NCBI GenBank assembly: GCA_048939765.1
Contig: JBHLPF010000013.1
Coordinates: 1-39,106 of the forward strand
Direction: 5' to 3'
From: Promethearchaeota archaeon
Lineage (GTDB): Archaea > Asgardarchaeota > Thorarchaeia > Thorarchaeales > Thorarchaeaceae
Length of the DNA: 39,106 bases
The notes beneath the pieces are model-generated. The model was not told the DNA's origin. It did no database searches and saw only the letters and a list, made by a program, of their open reading frames with translations. The stretch's first letter is position 1, and every line of letters starts with the position of its first letter. The position numbers and the translations under genes were made by a program. Below are positions 9,686 through 18,752 of this stretch, piece after piece.

Positions 9686-11644
9686 CTAGTCGCCTGGATG
9701 GATCCAGTATTTCTGATAGTAGACGTACCCTCCAACAATGACTGTTGCCACAGTTCCTGCAATACCCATCACAATCACCATGGGGAGGTCATAGTGATTT
9801 GGGTTTGTACCTCGTAGGTACTCATCGAGGTTGCTGACTCCATCTTCGTCTAGGTCGTCCGATGAGTCATCGACCAATGGATCGAGGCCATTCTCCACCT
9901 CGTAATTGTCAGGCATGGAATCTAGATCGGTATCAGCACTGATAGGTGATGTCCCGAGATTATACTCAACGATGTTCGTCAGGGTGTCTTCATCAGGGTC
10001 ATCGAAAGAGTCCACTGCAAGGGGATCTAATCCATAGAACACTTCCCATTTATCATCCATGCCGTCTCCTTCAGAATCCGCACTTTCTGGGTCTGTGTTC
10101 GCATTGAACTCCTCCACATTGATGAGACCATCTCCATCAAGGTCTCCAGCGGAGTCATCTACCAGAGGATCAAGTCCATGATAGTATTCCCATCCATCCG
10201 GCATGAGATCTGAGTCTGAATCTGGATTCAGACTATCCGTTCCCAGAATCATCTCTAATCCATTTGGAAGAGAATCTTGGTCTGTGTCTTCTCTGAAAGA
10301 GTCTGGGTAGAACCACGGATAGTCCCTATCCAGATACCCATCTCCGTTGTAGTCCACATCATACTCCACATCAATCGTATAGCCCATCAAAGAAGCGCCA
10401 TCATACTCTATGACCAGTCTGTAAAGCCCCAATTGACTCACGTATGTGTCAAATATCGTTTGTTGAGTGTCTGCAGGCACATCCTCCACTGAATCGACCA
10501 ACGATCCGTCGGGACCATAAAGGTAGAAATTAGCAGTTTGGTCGGAAAGGGCTTTGACCGTGATATTGTTTGCGAGACTCATTGCGAAGAGGTACTCTGT
10601 TTCAAAGGCAGAGTTGTCAGATCCAGAATAATGAATAGATTGTTTCTTGCCAAATTCTAGTGACATGACGAATGCCATGGCGGCTCCCAGACTGGCCACG
10701 AGCTCGGTAGCGACATCATAGTCGTAGTCTGGATTGTCCCATGTGTCTCTGGACGTGTGGTAGTCATCGTCCACTCCCGACTGATACGCGAATAGAGATC
10801 TCGGATATCCTTCATGGATGAAGGCATAATGGTCCGACCGTGTCCAAGCTCCGAATTCATCTGATGGCACTGGTTTGATCATGTCATTGCCTACATTGTT
10901 GCTCATCATCTGAGCGATTTCAGCCCAGAGTCTTCCCACATGGTAGTTTTCCGTATGACCAATGGGGTACACAAGTAGCAGCTTTTCATCTGAAGGGCCA
11001 TATTCATCCGGAACAAGTAGCATGTCTATGTTATAGTAGACCAGTATCTCAATTCCTCGACTCATGAACTCGTCTGCAACCTCATAGCTTCCGCGAAGTC
11101 CAATCTCCTCAGCATTCCAAAACCCGAAATAGATGTCTAACGGCCATTCAAACTGAGACATGACCCCAGCCAACTCCATGGCTGCAGCGACGCCCGATCC
11201 ATCATCGTTGGCACCTGGTGCACCAGCTACAGAATCAAAGTGCCCCCCTACCAGCATAGCTGGGCCCCCTCCCAGATATCCAGGAAGTCGTCCGATAACT
11301 GATTGATAGGTCCCTACAACTTCCGTTTCTATATGCCCATCAGAGACTTCCTCTAGCTCGCTGATTATCCACTCTCTTGCATACGCATTTGCACTGCTGT
11401 ACTCTGTTGGCGAAGAAATCCATCTTGAACCATTCTCAGTTATCTTCTGCACATATCCGAGATAGGAATCTCGATCGACTAATGAGTGAATCAAATCAGA
11501 ATAGTCGACTCCGTACACCTCTGTGTCTGAAAGATTTCCCCCGTCCTCTCTAGTATCCACTTGATTTAGAACTGGAGACCGGGCTAGAGCTGAACCTCCA
11601 AGAAAGAGAACCAACACAAGGGAGAGAGCCCACACCCGATTCAT
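9686..11644 (-). CDS. Secreted, C-terminally anchored M28 family zinc aminopeptidase with Ca-binding repeats
   Basis: Signal peptide; HFDS, GANDDGSG, AEEIGLRGS, NIDM, SDH and YHT motifs; DxDxD repeats; C-terminal TM helix. Confidence 0.9.
   Translation of the reverse strand: MNRVWALSLVLVLFLGGSALARSPVLNQVDTREDGGNLSDTEVYGVDYSDLIHSLVDRDSYLGYVQKITENGSRWISSPTEYSSANAYAREWIISELEEVSDGHIETEVVGTYQSVIGRLPGYLGGGPAMLVGGHFDSVAGAPGANDDGSGVAAAMELAGVMSQFEWPLDIYFGFWNAEEIGLRGSYEVADEFMSRGIEILVYYNIDMLLVPDEYGPSDEKLLLVYPIGHTENYHVGRLWAEIAQMMSNNVGNDMIKPVPSDEFGAWTRSDHYAFIHEGYPRSLFAYQSGVDDDYHTSRDTWDNPDYDYDVATELVASLGAAMAFVMSLEFGKKQSIHYSGSDNSAFETEYLFAMSLANNITVKALSDQTANFYLYGPDGSLVDSVEDVPADTQQTIFDTYVSQLGLYRLVIEYDGASLMGYTIDVEYDVDYNGDGYLDRDYPWFYPDSFREDTDQDSLPNGLEMILGTDSLNPDSDSDLMPDGWEYYHGLDPLVDDSAGDLDGDGLINVEEFNANTDPESADSEGDGMDDKWEVFYGLDPLAVDSFDDPDEDTLTNIVEYNLGTSPISADTDLDSMPDNYEVENGLDPLVDDSSDDLDEDGVSNLDEYLRGTNPNHYDLPMVIVMGIAGTVATVIVGGYVYYQKYWIHPGD
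9790..10354 (-). repeat. Acidic DxDxDG (TSP3-like) calcium-binding repeats
   Basis: DYNGDG, then DTDQDS, DSDSDL, DLDGDG, DSEGDG, DPDEDT, DTDLDS and DLDEDG units with alternating 22/26-aa spacing. Confidence 0.8.
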
Positions 11645-11802
11645 AGCTGTCCAACGAGCCGCATCAACACATGAACATTTTCATTCTTGTATTTGTTCTG
11701 AAGTTGGAAGAAAACATTTGCGCATTCCAGCCGTATCCTCAAATCATATTACACAGTTACTTACTTGATTTCGGACCCAAAACGAATTGGCTGTGTAGAA
11801 TT

Positions 11803-13080
11803 ATGCCACTGACAGACTTCCCCAAAGTGGTTGAGATTAAGGATCCGGTGCATGGCTATGTAGCTCTATCCGAAGTGGAGAAGGCGGTTACAGACCTGCG
11901 ATTAACTCAGAGACTGAGAACTATTCGTTCACCTGCAGGAGTCTATATGGTTTTCTCGGGTGCTGACACTTCACTGATGGGGAAGCTGCTGGGATTCATG
12001 CATACCACTCACATTTTCATGGACTATCTGGGAGCCAGCAAGGAAGAGATTCAGAATGCTCGCCTTGCCGCAATGTTTCTTACACTTTCCACAGGTCCTT
12101 GGGAGAATGTAATCAACGAATTCTTGACAGTGCGTGGGCTCAATCGCAGACAGCTTGCCGAACTAATCATCAAGAACTCGCCTGCAGGCGAGGCGCTCGA
12201 AGATTTCGGCTATTCCCGTGATGAGGTTGCGAATACTATCAAACGCGGTGTGCCATTGAAGGGAGTTATTTTTGATCTTGAAACTACTCCAATCAATCCT
12301 GAGCTGGTTGATCGGCTTGAGCGAGATTCATATTTCTCAGGAGTTGAATATGCACAACTCGAGTTCCGGAGACTCTTCCAATCCACCAGAGTGGCGAAGA
12401 ATAAAATTGCCGTAGAACGCGGTGCATTGTTCACATTTGAGTCATATCTCTCAGCTGGGGCAAACATGTTCGATGCTGTATACTATCATAAGTCCGTACG
12501 TGCAGCTGAACTCATGCTTCTTAGGATATTGGATGAAGCAGGGGCTGAACTCGCACCTTCGCCCAGAGATGACCTCAATGCGTTCCTAAGTCTGGATGAT
12601 ATCTCTTTCTTGGACCAATTGCTTAATCCACTGGAGGATGCATCAGAAGAAATGCAGACTGCTTGCAAGCTCTTTGAAGATTTCAGCGCTAGGTACCTCA
12701 TCAAGATGGCAAGTGAACGTGCAATTAGCGATGTTGCGTTTCTGGATTCAATCTCGACTCCGGATGGACTGTTCAATATCGAGAAAGAGATTGCCGATGA
12801 TGCTGGGATCGACCCAAGTAATGTCTTTGTTGATTACCCTGACAGACAGTCTGTGAGCTTCTATCCGGGGAAATTTGACATTGAAGATCTTGTATTCTTC
12901 GAGCGCGGCTCCAAGGGCTACGAGTTCTGGCCGGTTGAAGATATCAGCTTGCTTGCAAGGAGCTTTGAGAGAAGAATCAAACTAATTCGCGTTTATACCA
13001 CTCGTGGCTATCGCTCAAAGGTAAAGAAAGCTGCTGATGCCCTTCTGGAGAGCATCGATGCTCCTGGAACCACTGATTGA
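11803..13080 (+). CDS. SAMHD1/dNTP triphosphohydrolase-like HD-fold protein with degenerate active site
   Basis: Family hallmarks IKDPVHGY, TQRLR, RDSYFSGV, VYYHKSVRAAELML and IRVY are present. The expected RFEHSLG reads SLMGKLLG and LHDxGHGPFSH reads FLTLSTGPWEN. ATG 11803. Confidence 0.85.
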   Translation: MPLTDFPKVVEIKDPVHGYVALSEVEKAVTDLRLTQRLRTIRSPAGVYMVFSGADTSLMGKLLGFMHTTHIFMDYLGASKEEIQNARLAAMFLTLSTGPWENVINEFLTVRGLNRRQLAELIIKNSPAGEALEDFGYSRDEVANTIKRGVPLKGVIFDLETTPINPELVDRLERDSYFSGVEYAQLEFRRLFQSTRVAKNKIAVERGALFTFESYLSAGANMFDAVYYHKSVRAAELMLLRILDEAGAELAPSPRDDLNAFLSLDDISFLDQLLNPLEDASEEMQTACKLFEDFSARYLIKMASERAISDVAFLDSISTPDGLFNIEKEIADDAGIDPSNVFVDYPDRQSVSFYPGKFDIEDLVFFERGSKGYEFWPVEDISLLARSFERRIKLIRVYTTRGYRSKVKKAADALLESIDAPGTTD

Positions 13081-13151
13081 ATTTTCAAAACCCTTACAAA
13101 GGGAAAGATAGAATAGCTCCTTTCATCTTGGCCACATCAGTTGTGGTCACG

Positions 13152-13583
13152 ATGAACGATGATGTTACCTCTGAGACTGGATTTGACGATGTTGTGAGAG
13201 ATCCAAACTTCTTGATCATACTTCTGGGGGCAGTCCTATGGATCTTGGGGTCCTACATCCCTTTGATTGGTCCATTCTTTATCACTGCAGGATTTGCCAT
13301 TTCAGTGCTAGCCACAGCATCTACAGCTTCTGTGCGACCACAGAGCGGGAATTGGCTGGGCTTGGCCATAGGCTCTCTAATCTACCTTGTTGGACTATAT
13401 TTGCCATGGATTCCTCTCTTGGGATTGCTGGCTCCACTAGTACGAGTTCCGGGAGCTGTGCTCATTCTCTTCTTCGGAATCCCTATTGCGCTGAGATATG
13501 GCAATGCACCCTTGATAGATACATTTCAGAGCGAGTGGAGGAAGAGATCAGAATTTAGAACTTACAAATCCAATGAAGATTAG
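13152..13583 (+). CDS. Small membrane protein (~4 TM, internal duplication), unknown function
   Basis: Two similar halves (LGAVLWILGSYIPLIG / IGSLIYLVGLYLPWIP). ATG 13152. Confidence 0.7.
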   Translation: MNDDVTSETGFDDVVRDPNFLIILLGAVLWILGSYIPLIGPFFITAGFAISVLATASTASVRPQSGNWLGLAIGSLIYLVGLYLPWIPLLGLLAPLVRVPGAVLILFFGIPIALRYGNAPLIDTFQSEWRKRSEFRTYKSNED

Positions 13584-13716
13584 TCAGAATCAAACGAATA
13601 GGTATCAATGCCAAATTACAGCATTGTCTACCTACTTACGAAATACCTAATAGACACCAAGTATGAATGAAGGAGGCAAGGACCTCCACCCTGCACGCCA
13701 CAGGAGAGGGAGTACC

Positions 13717-15555
13717 ATGTTCACTTGTAGGAAATGCAGGGAGCCTTACTTCGTACTAGCCGCCCAGACACGCGGCAGAAATCTTAGGGTCTTTTTACAA
13801 TGTATCAATGGTCACAAGGATAAACGCGACCTGTCACAATTCCAAGCTGACAATGCGGCATTTGAGTTGTTTCAAGGTCTATTCACATGTGTGCAATGTG
13901 GCTCAATTATGGATATTGCGAGCACCGATGCACATAGAGACAAAGTCGAGTACATCTTTCTCTGTCCGATTCACGGGCCTCAGAGAAGGGTGGCACCAAC
14001 CTTGTACCATCCAACAGTCAATCAGTTGCGGACAGAGGTCAATGCAGCGAAGTCAGTGCTAGATTCAATGAGCTGTCCACGTTGCGGCCAAGTGTTTGCA
14101 ATCCATGAAATTGAGGAGAAAGGCGAGTTTCTGGAGCTAAAATCGAAGTGTCCTAATGGTCATAAGGAACTACGATTTGTGGCTCGCGATGCTGATGAAT
14201 CAATAATGAAGACGGTTCTCAAACGTCTGGTTCACTGTGACACCTGTGGGCTGCCATGTAGCATTCAAGATAAGAGTTCCAAGCGCGACAAAATGCGTTT
14301 GGAACTGGTCTGTCCAGTGCATGGTTCAAGCAAGAAGGAATTCCCTGTAGCTTACGCGCCCTTACTTGATGATGTATCTCAAGCTGTGACAGAGGGTTCA
14401 CGCATTCGCACCACCTTGAGATGTTCTGACTGTGGCAAGGCGCTTTCGATTCGCAGTATCGAAGCCTCAAAAGATGAGTACAAGATAAAGGCGACCTGTC
14501 TGAATGGGCACTCGCTTGAGATGGTTCAGAGCATTGACTGGAGTGATGAAGCCACTATCGAAATCTCACAGGCGCTTCTAAAGTGCGAGAAGTGTGACTT
14601 GCTAACTGAGATCGGTTCCACGAAAGCTGATGGTACGAAAGCCGAAATCGAGGTCTATTGTCCGATTCATGGTTCTATGCGCAAAGGAATTACTGTTGAT
14701 GCACTCAAGAACTTGGAGCGAGTACAAGAGGAAATTGATAGGCAACCATCAATTGATGAAAGCCTTAGATGTGTGAGATGTGGAACTCCAGTTGTTATAA
14801 AGGAGCTAAAGGCTGGCAAGGAAACGGTAGAGGCTAAGATTGAGTGTCAAAGAGGACATGGCGATAATCGCTACTACCTTAATTCGCTCTCGCCAGCAGC
14901 TCTACTGACGGTATATGATAGGGCGTATGAATGTCATAAATGCCATCAGCCACTTACTCTCCTGGATATAGAGCAGGAAGAATCAAAGAGTACAGTGAAG
15001 ATGAGCTGCGAAAAGCACGGAGAACGAAAGCATGAGGTCCCTGTTGAGCATAGTGCCGCAGTAAGAGATGCGTACACTGCCAGAGCAACTATGCCGTTCC
15101 TTGAGTCCGCGATGGAGAAACTGGGGCATGAAGACATGTGTGAATTCCAGTTTGATGCTGGAACTGACCCCGAAGAACTGATTCAAACCGTAAAGAGTGT
15201 GATCGAGCAGCATGACCTTCACTTTGTATCAGAAGGCAAATCAAACAATATGATGTCTGCTTGGTATTACGGCATGGGCTTTCATGGCAGTCAGTTCGTA
15301 GTTGTGGGATCTGTGTCGGAGGAGAACCGGAAAATAAAGATTCGAGTGTTTTCGGATAATGAGGAGAAGCTCAGCACAATTCTGGCACACATGCGTGAAA
15401 ACCTTCGGGAAGTACTGCTCCGAATCCGCGCAGATGCAGACGACATTCAGCCACTCATCATTCAGTGCGAGAAATGCGGTGCTGGTCTATCGAAGAGAGG
15501 TCTGCCCGGCGAAACCACGCTATGTGAGCACTGTGGAGTGCCATTACACTGGTGA
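13717..15555 (+). CDS. Protein with 8 tandem Cys3His metal fingers, an alpha/beta domain and a C-terminal zinc ribbon
   Basis: Eight C-x2-C-x21-C units ending alternately in C-x2-GH and C-x2-HG; terminal CEKCG...CEHCG. SD-like AGGAGAGGG precedes ATG 13717. Confidence 0.85.
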   Translation: MFTCRKCREPYFVLAAQTRGRNLRVFLQCINGHKDKRDLSQFQADNAAFELFQGLFTCVQCGSIMDIASTDAHRDKVEYIFLCPIHGPQRRVAPTLYHPTVNQLRTEVNAAKSVLDSMSCPRCGQVFAIHEIEEKGEFLELKSKCPNGHKELRFVARDADESIMKTVLKRLVHCDTCGLPCSIQDKSSKRDKMRLELVCPVHGSSKKEFPVAYAPLLDDVSQAVTEGSRIRTTLRCSDCGKALSIRSIEASKDEYKIKATCLNGHSLEMVQSIDWSDEATIEISQALLKCEKCDLLTEIGSTKADGTKAEIEVYCPIHGSMRKGITVDALKNLERVQEEIDRQPSIDESLRCVRCGTPVVIKELKAGKETVEAKIECQRGHGDNRYYLNSLSPAALLTVYDRAYECHKCHQPLTLLDIEQEESKSTVKMSCEKHGERKHEVPVEHSAAVRDAYTARATMPFLESAMEKLGHEDMCEFQFDAGTDPEELIQTVKSVIEQHDLHFVSEGKSNNMMSAWYYGMGFHGSQFVVVGSVSEENRKIKIRVFSDNEEKLSTILAHMRENLREVLLRIRADADDIQPLIIQCEKCGAGLSKRGLPGETTLCEHCGVPLHW

Positions 15556-15563
15556 CCTGGTCT

Positions 15564-16127
15564 CTATACACCCGTCCATTCATTGGTGGGCTTGTCCAAA
15601 GCTCCAAGATGAACCGCAATCCTCTCTACCAGAGAGCCAACTAGGTCCTCGATCCTCTTAGGCCGATGCCAGAATGCTGGGCTGGCAGGCATCACAACTG
15701 CTCCCGCTTCAGTCACCGCAGCCATATTTCGAATATGTATAAGGTTCAAAGGGGTTTCTCTAGGCACAATGACTAGCTTCCTTCGTTCCTTTAGCGCACA
15801 GTCAGCAGCCCTGGCAACCAGATTGTCTGCATATCCGTGAGCAATGCCGGCCAGCGTTTTCATTGAACAGGGGACAATGGCGACTGCATCCAAAGGAAAG
15901 GATCCACTTGCAGGTCCTGCGGCTAGATTGTTCTCAGGATATACCCTATCCACTTCCTTGCCAAGAGACTCAGCGGTCAGACCTGTTTCATGCTTGAGGG
16001 TTGCCTCCCCCCACTTTGTGACAACTAGATGCACTTCATGTCCCAGTGCTTTCAGTTGACGGATTAAATCCACTCCGTAAATTGTGCCACTTGCGCCGGT
16101 AATGCATACAAGGATCCTCTTACTCAT
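15564..16127 (-). CDS. ubiX: Flavin prenyltransferase UbiX
   Basis: ITGASG, ASGS, PCSMKTLA, RAAD, LKERR, PRETP and P-x-F-x-H-x-P motifs. Confidence 0.93.
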   Translation of the reverse strand: MSKRILVCITGASGTIYGVDLIRQLKALGHEVHLVVTKWGEATLKHETGLTAESLGKEVDRVYPENNLAAGPASGSFPLDAVAIVPCSMKTLAGIAHGYADNLVARAADCALKERRKLVIVPRETPLNLIHIRNMAAVTEAGAVVMPASPAFWHRPKRIEDLVGSLVERIAVHLGALDKPTNEWTGV

Positions 16128-16203
16128 TCCTTCTTCTACTCCTTTGGGTGATACCCTTCAAGACTGACTCTTGATTTGCCTTTCTGTTATGACACTTGCC
16201 TCT

Positions 16204-18048
16204 TTACAATAGAAAGGCAAGCAATAGTACAATCAGAAATGATGCTGCACCAACCCGGATACCGACTCTTTTAGCAATCCCTGCGGCTTCTGCGATGTCT
16301 TGGGTCAGAATATCAAACCCTCTCTCACCGAATGTGCAAAGGCCTTTGACCTCGCCAAACCCCAGACCAATTCTGACAGGTTTGACCTTCTCACGCGCCT
16401 TGTTTGCTGCAACGATGATTGCTTCCATAATTTCCTCAGGCTTATTCTGTCCAATTGGTGGATACCCTCGACTTGAGAGAGATATGGCATTCACAATATG
16501 GGTGTCTGTTGTAATGACCTCTGCATCATCAAATCCCTGGGTCTTCAGGATACGAATCGCCTCTTCTCGAAAGCCTAGCTCCATGTTATTTCCATCAAGG
16601 GATAGGAGGACTACTTCACGTTCTCCACCATCCATGACCAGAGCTGTCACGCCTCCAGGACCCATTCCTTCATCCGGTCTAACATCCTTGGGTATCACTC
16701 GATAGATGCCTGCAGATATTCTCTGTTTCGGATTTTTGATTGTAGAGAACACAGCACTGGAGATTGCCCCAACATATTCACCTGCTTCAGTATCTCCGGG
16801 CATCACTGAAACTGCATCTCCATCAATACAATTGTGCGCATCGACGATGGAAACCCCCTTGATCTCAGGCATTCGTTTTCTCACCATATCCGCGGCAGAT
16901 CGTCCCACATCCAAGGAAATATCATCAGTAAATTCAGGAGCGCTGGTGCTTATGGTGAGAACATCTTCTCCAGTAAAGAGTGTCCAGACCTTGAACCTAC
17001 CAAGGTCTGACCAATGAGGACCCGATATCGTGTCATGAACATCGGTCTCTTCAATCAGGCGATCAACTTCTGTCATGACGATTGGGAAGTCTTTCTTTGA
17101 AGTGAGGTTTTGCTGATGCGTGCAGGTTCCATGCATGATGAAAGCTGGTACTCCATGCTTTTTCTCAATGTGCTCAATTATTGCTGAAGGAAGACTACTA
17201 CTTCCTATCTGTCGGAATGGTCCTGGGTGCACATACTCTACGACTCCCACCGCAACAAGACCCGCATCATTCCTAATAATGAGGACTTCCATCGGGACAT
17301 TTTGCATTTCTCCTATCTTTGATAGGGTTGTTTCCATTGGCTCCGAATTGTTGGTGAGATAGTCATATCCGAACGCTCGTAGTAGTTCTGGTCCATTGAT
17401 CCCTAAATCCCTCTCAAACGGTACGCTTACGGCCCTAAAGATATAGTTGACTGCCAAGGATAACACTGGGAACATGATAATGGCAGAAATTGGCCACCAG
17501 GCGGGTAGTGCAAAGATTGCTCCTCCATATCCTCCCAAAGCAAAAACAATGAGATACCAGAGGAATGGTATCATCATCGCTGCAGCGAAGTTACGAATAG
17601 GATGATGGTCACTCAGTCCAGTAACAAGAAATGCAAACAGCATGTATGCTGCTCCAAGTCCCAGAATCCAGAACCGCACCTCATAGTACTCGTTGCTCAT
17701 CACGAAGCTAAGAATGCTGCCAAGTACTCCAAACGCAACCCAGAAGAAGATACCAAACTGGACAGAACCTGCTGTCCTTCTAGCATCAAGGGGTGAACCC
17801 TCTTTCCTGATAATCAGGAATAGAAGGCCTGTACCTGCAAAGGAGGGAATTGCAAGGATAAGGAGGGAAAGAAGAAGTGTGGCAACGGGATCGCTCCCGG
17901 GCGTGTATGCAACTCTGAACACGGCTGACACGATTGAACCAATCAATACGGCCACGAGAATTCTTGTGATGATTCCTCGAGAGGTTGGAAGCTGCCAGAC
18001 TCTAGAGTAGAGCCTCACTGTTTCCTTTACCTTGGCTTTCTCTCCCAA
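16204..18048 (-). CDS. DUF2070 family membrane protein (predicted ceramidase-superfamily lipid hydrolase)
   Basis: N-terminal multi-TM region; HPGPF, HGTCTH, DAHNC, DGNN and TTDTH motifs; C-terminal TM. Likely TTG start at 18048. Confidence 0.8.
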   Translation of the reverse strand: MGEKAKVKETVRLYSRVWQLPTSRGIITRILVAVLIGSIVSAVFRVAYTPGSDPVATLLLSLLILAIPSFAGTGLLFLIIRKEGSPLDARRTAGSVQFGIFFWVAFGVLGSILSFVMSNEYYEVRFWILGLGAAYMLFAFLVTGLSDHHPIRNFAAAMMIPFLWYLIVFALGGYGGAIFALPAWWPISAIIMFPVLSLAVNYIFRAVSVPFERDLGINGPELLRAFGYDYLTNNSEPMETTLSKIGEMQNVPMEVLIIRNDAGLVAVGVVEYVHPGPFRQIGSSSLPSAIIEHIEKKHGVPAFIMHGTCTHQQNLTSKKDFPIVMTEVDRLIEETDVHDTISGPHWSDLGRFKVWTLFTGEDVLTISTSAPEFTDDISLDVGRSAADMVRKRMPEIKGVSIVDAHNCIDGDAVSVMPGDTEAGEYVGAISSAVFSTIKNPKQRISAGIYRVIPKDVRPDEGMGPGGVTALVMDGGEREVVLLSLDGNNMELGFREEAIRILKTQGFDDAEVITTDTHIVNAISLSSRGYPPIGQNKPEEIMEAIIVAANKAREKVKPVRIGLGFGEVKGLCTFGERGFDILTQDIAEAAGIAKRVGIRVGAASFLIVLLLAFLL

Positions 18049-18137
18049 AGTCAATCCATCCTGAGCCCTTACACCTCGGTCAATGCCTCTCTTATCAACA
18101 TTATCGAAGTGGCGGGGCTTGCCGCCTATACAACAAC

Positions 18138-18193
18138 CTTTATATCGCATTCGATAATCGCATTCGATATTAGACTATTATCATATTCGATAT
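18138..18193. promoter_or_regulatory. Putative PadR operator array (TATCG-N4-CGATA x3) overlapping a TATA box
   Basis: ATCGCATTCGATA occurs in perfect tandem at 18144-18156 and 18157-18169. A third copy, TATCATATTCGATA, lies at 18179-18192. CTTTATAT at 18138-18145. Confidence 0.7.
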
Positions 18194-18208
18194 TGAGCGT
18201 GTGTACTT

Positions 18209-18751
18209 ATGGCCAATCCTAGGGACCAAGATTCCGAATGCGAGCCAATTAGGATGCCTCACTCCATTCCCCGGGGCCTTCTGAGGCATGTAATCATCAG
18301 ACTTCTCTTTTCTGGTGATATGACAGGATCAGACATGATGAAAATCATGCGTGAGCGGACTGATGGGCAGTGGAGTCCCAGTCCTGGGTCTATCTACCCT
18401 TTGCTTTCCCATTTGGAAGAGAAGGGAATCATTGAAACGGTCAAGACCGAAGGGAGAAGTAAGACCTATTCGCTCACCGAGATAGGTCGCGCTCGGTTCA
18501 ACGAAGTTCTTCACAAGCGGGGTGATGTAGAGGATAAGGCACGACTCAATCGAATGATGCTATTGCAGCTATTGGAACCGTCCGACCGTGTTCATTTTCA
18601 CATCAGCATGTTCAATCATGCCATAGACAACATTGCTGATACGATTGAAGAACTATCTGCATCTGAGAGACGCACAATTGGGACCAGGCTGAAGAAAACA
18701 TCCAAGAAGATGAACTCGCTGATAAATCGTATTGAGCAGGGTGAAACATAG
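18209..18751 (+). CDS. PadR family transcriptional regulator
   Basis: RGLLR, W-x-PSPGSIYPLL-x2-LEEKG and KTYSLTEIG motifs. Confidence 0.92.
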   Translation: MANPRDQDSECEPIRMPHSIPRGLLRHVIIRLLFSGDMTGSDMMKIMRERTDGQWSPSPGSIYPLLSHLEEKGIIETVKTEGRSKTYSLTEIGRARFNEVLHKRGDVEDKARLNRMMLLQLLEPSDRVHFHISMFNHAIDNIADTIEELSASERRTIGTRLKKTSKKMNSLINRIEQGET

Positions 18752-18752
18752 A

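Noticed and set aside
11803-13080. Pseudogene call for the HD protein
   Set aside because: The ORF is full length with no stops or frameshifts, and the substitutions are concentrated at catalytic positions.
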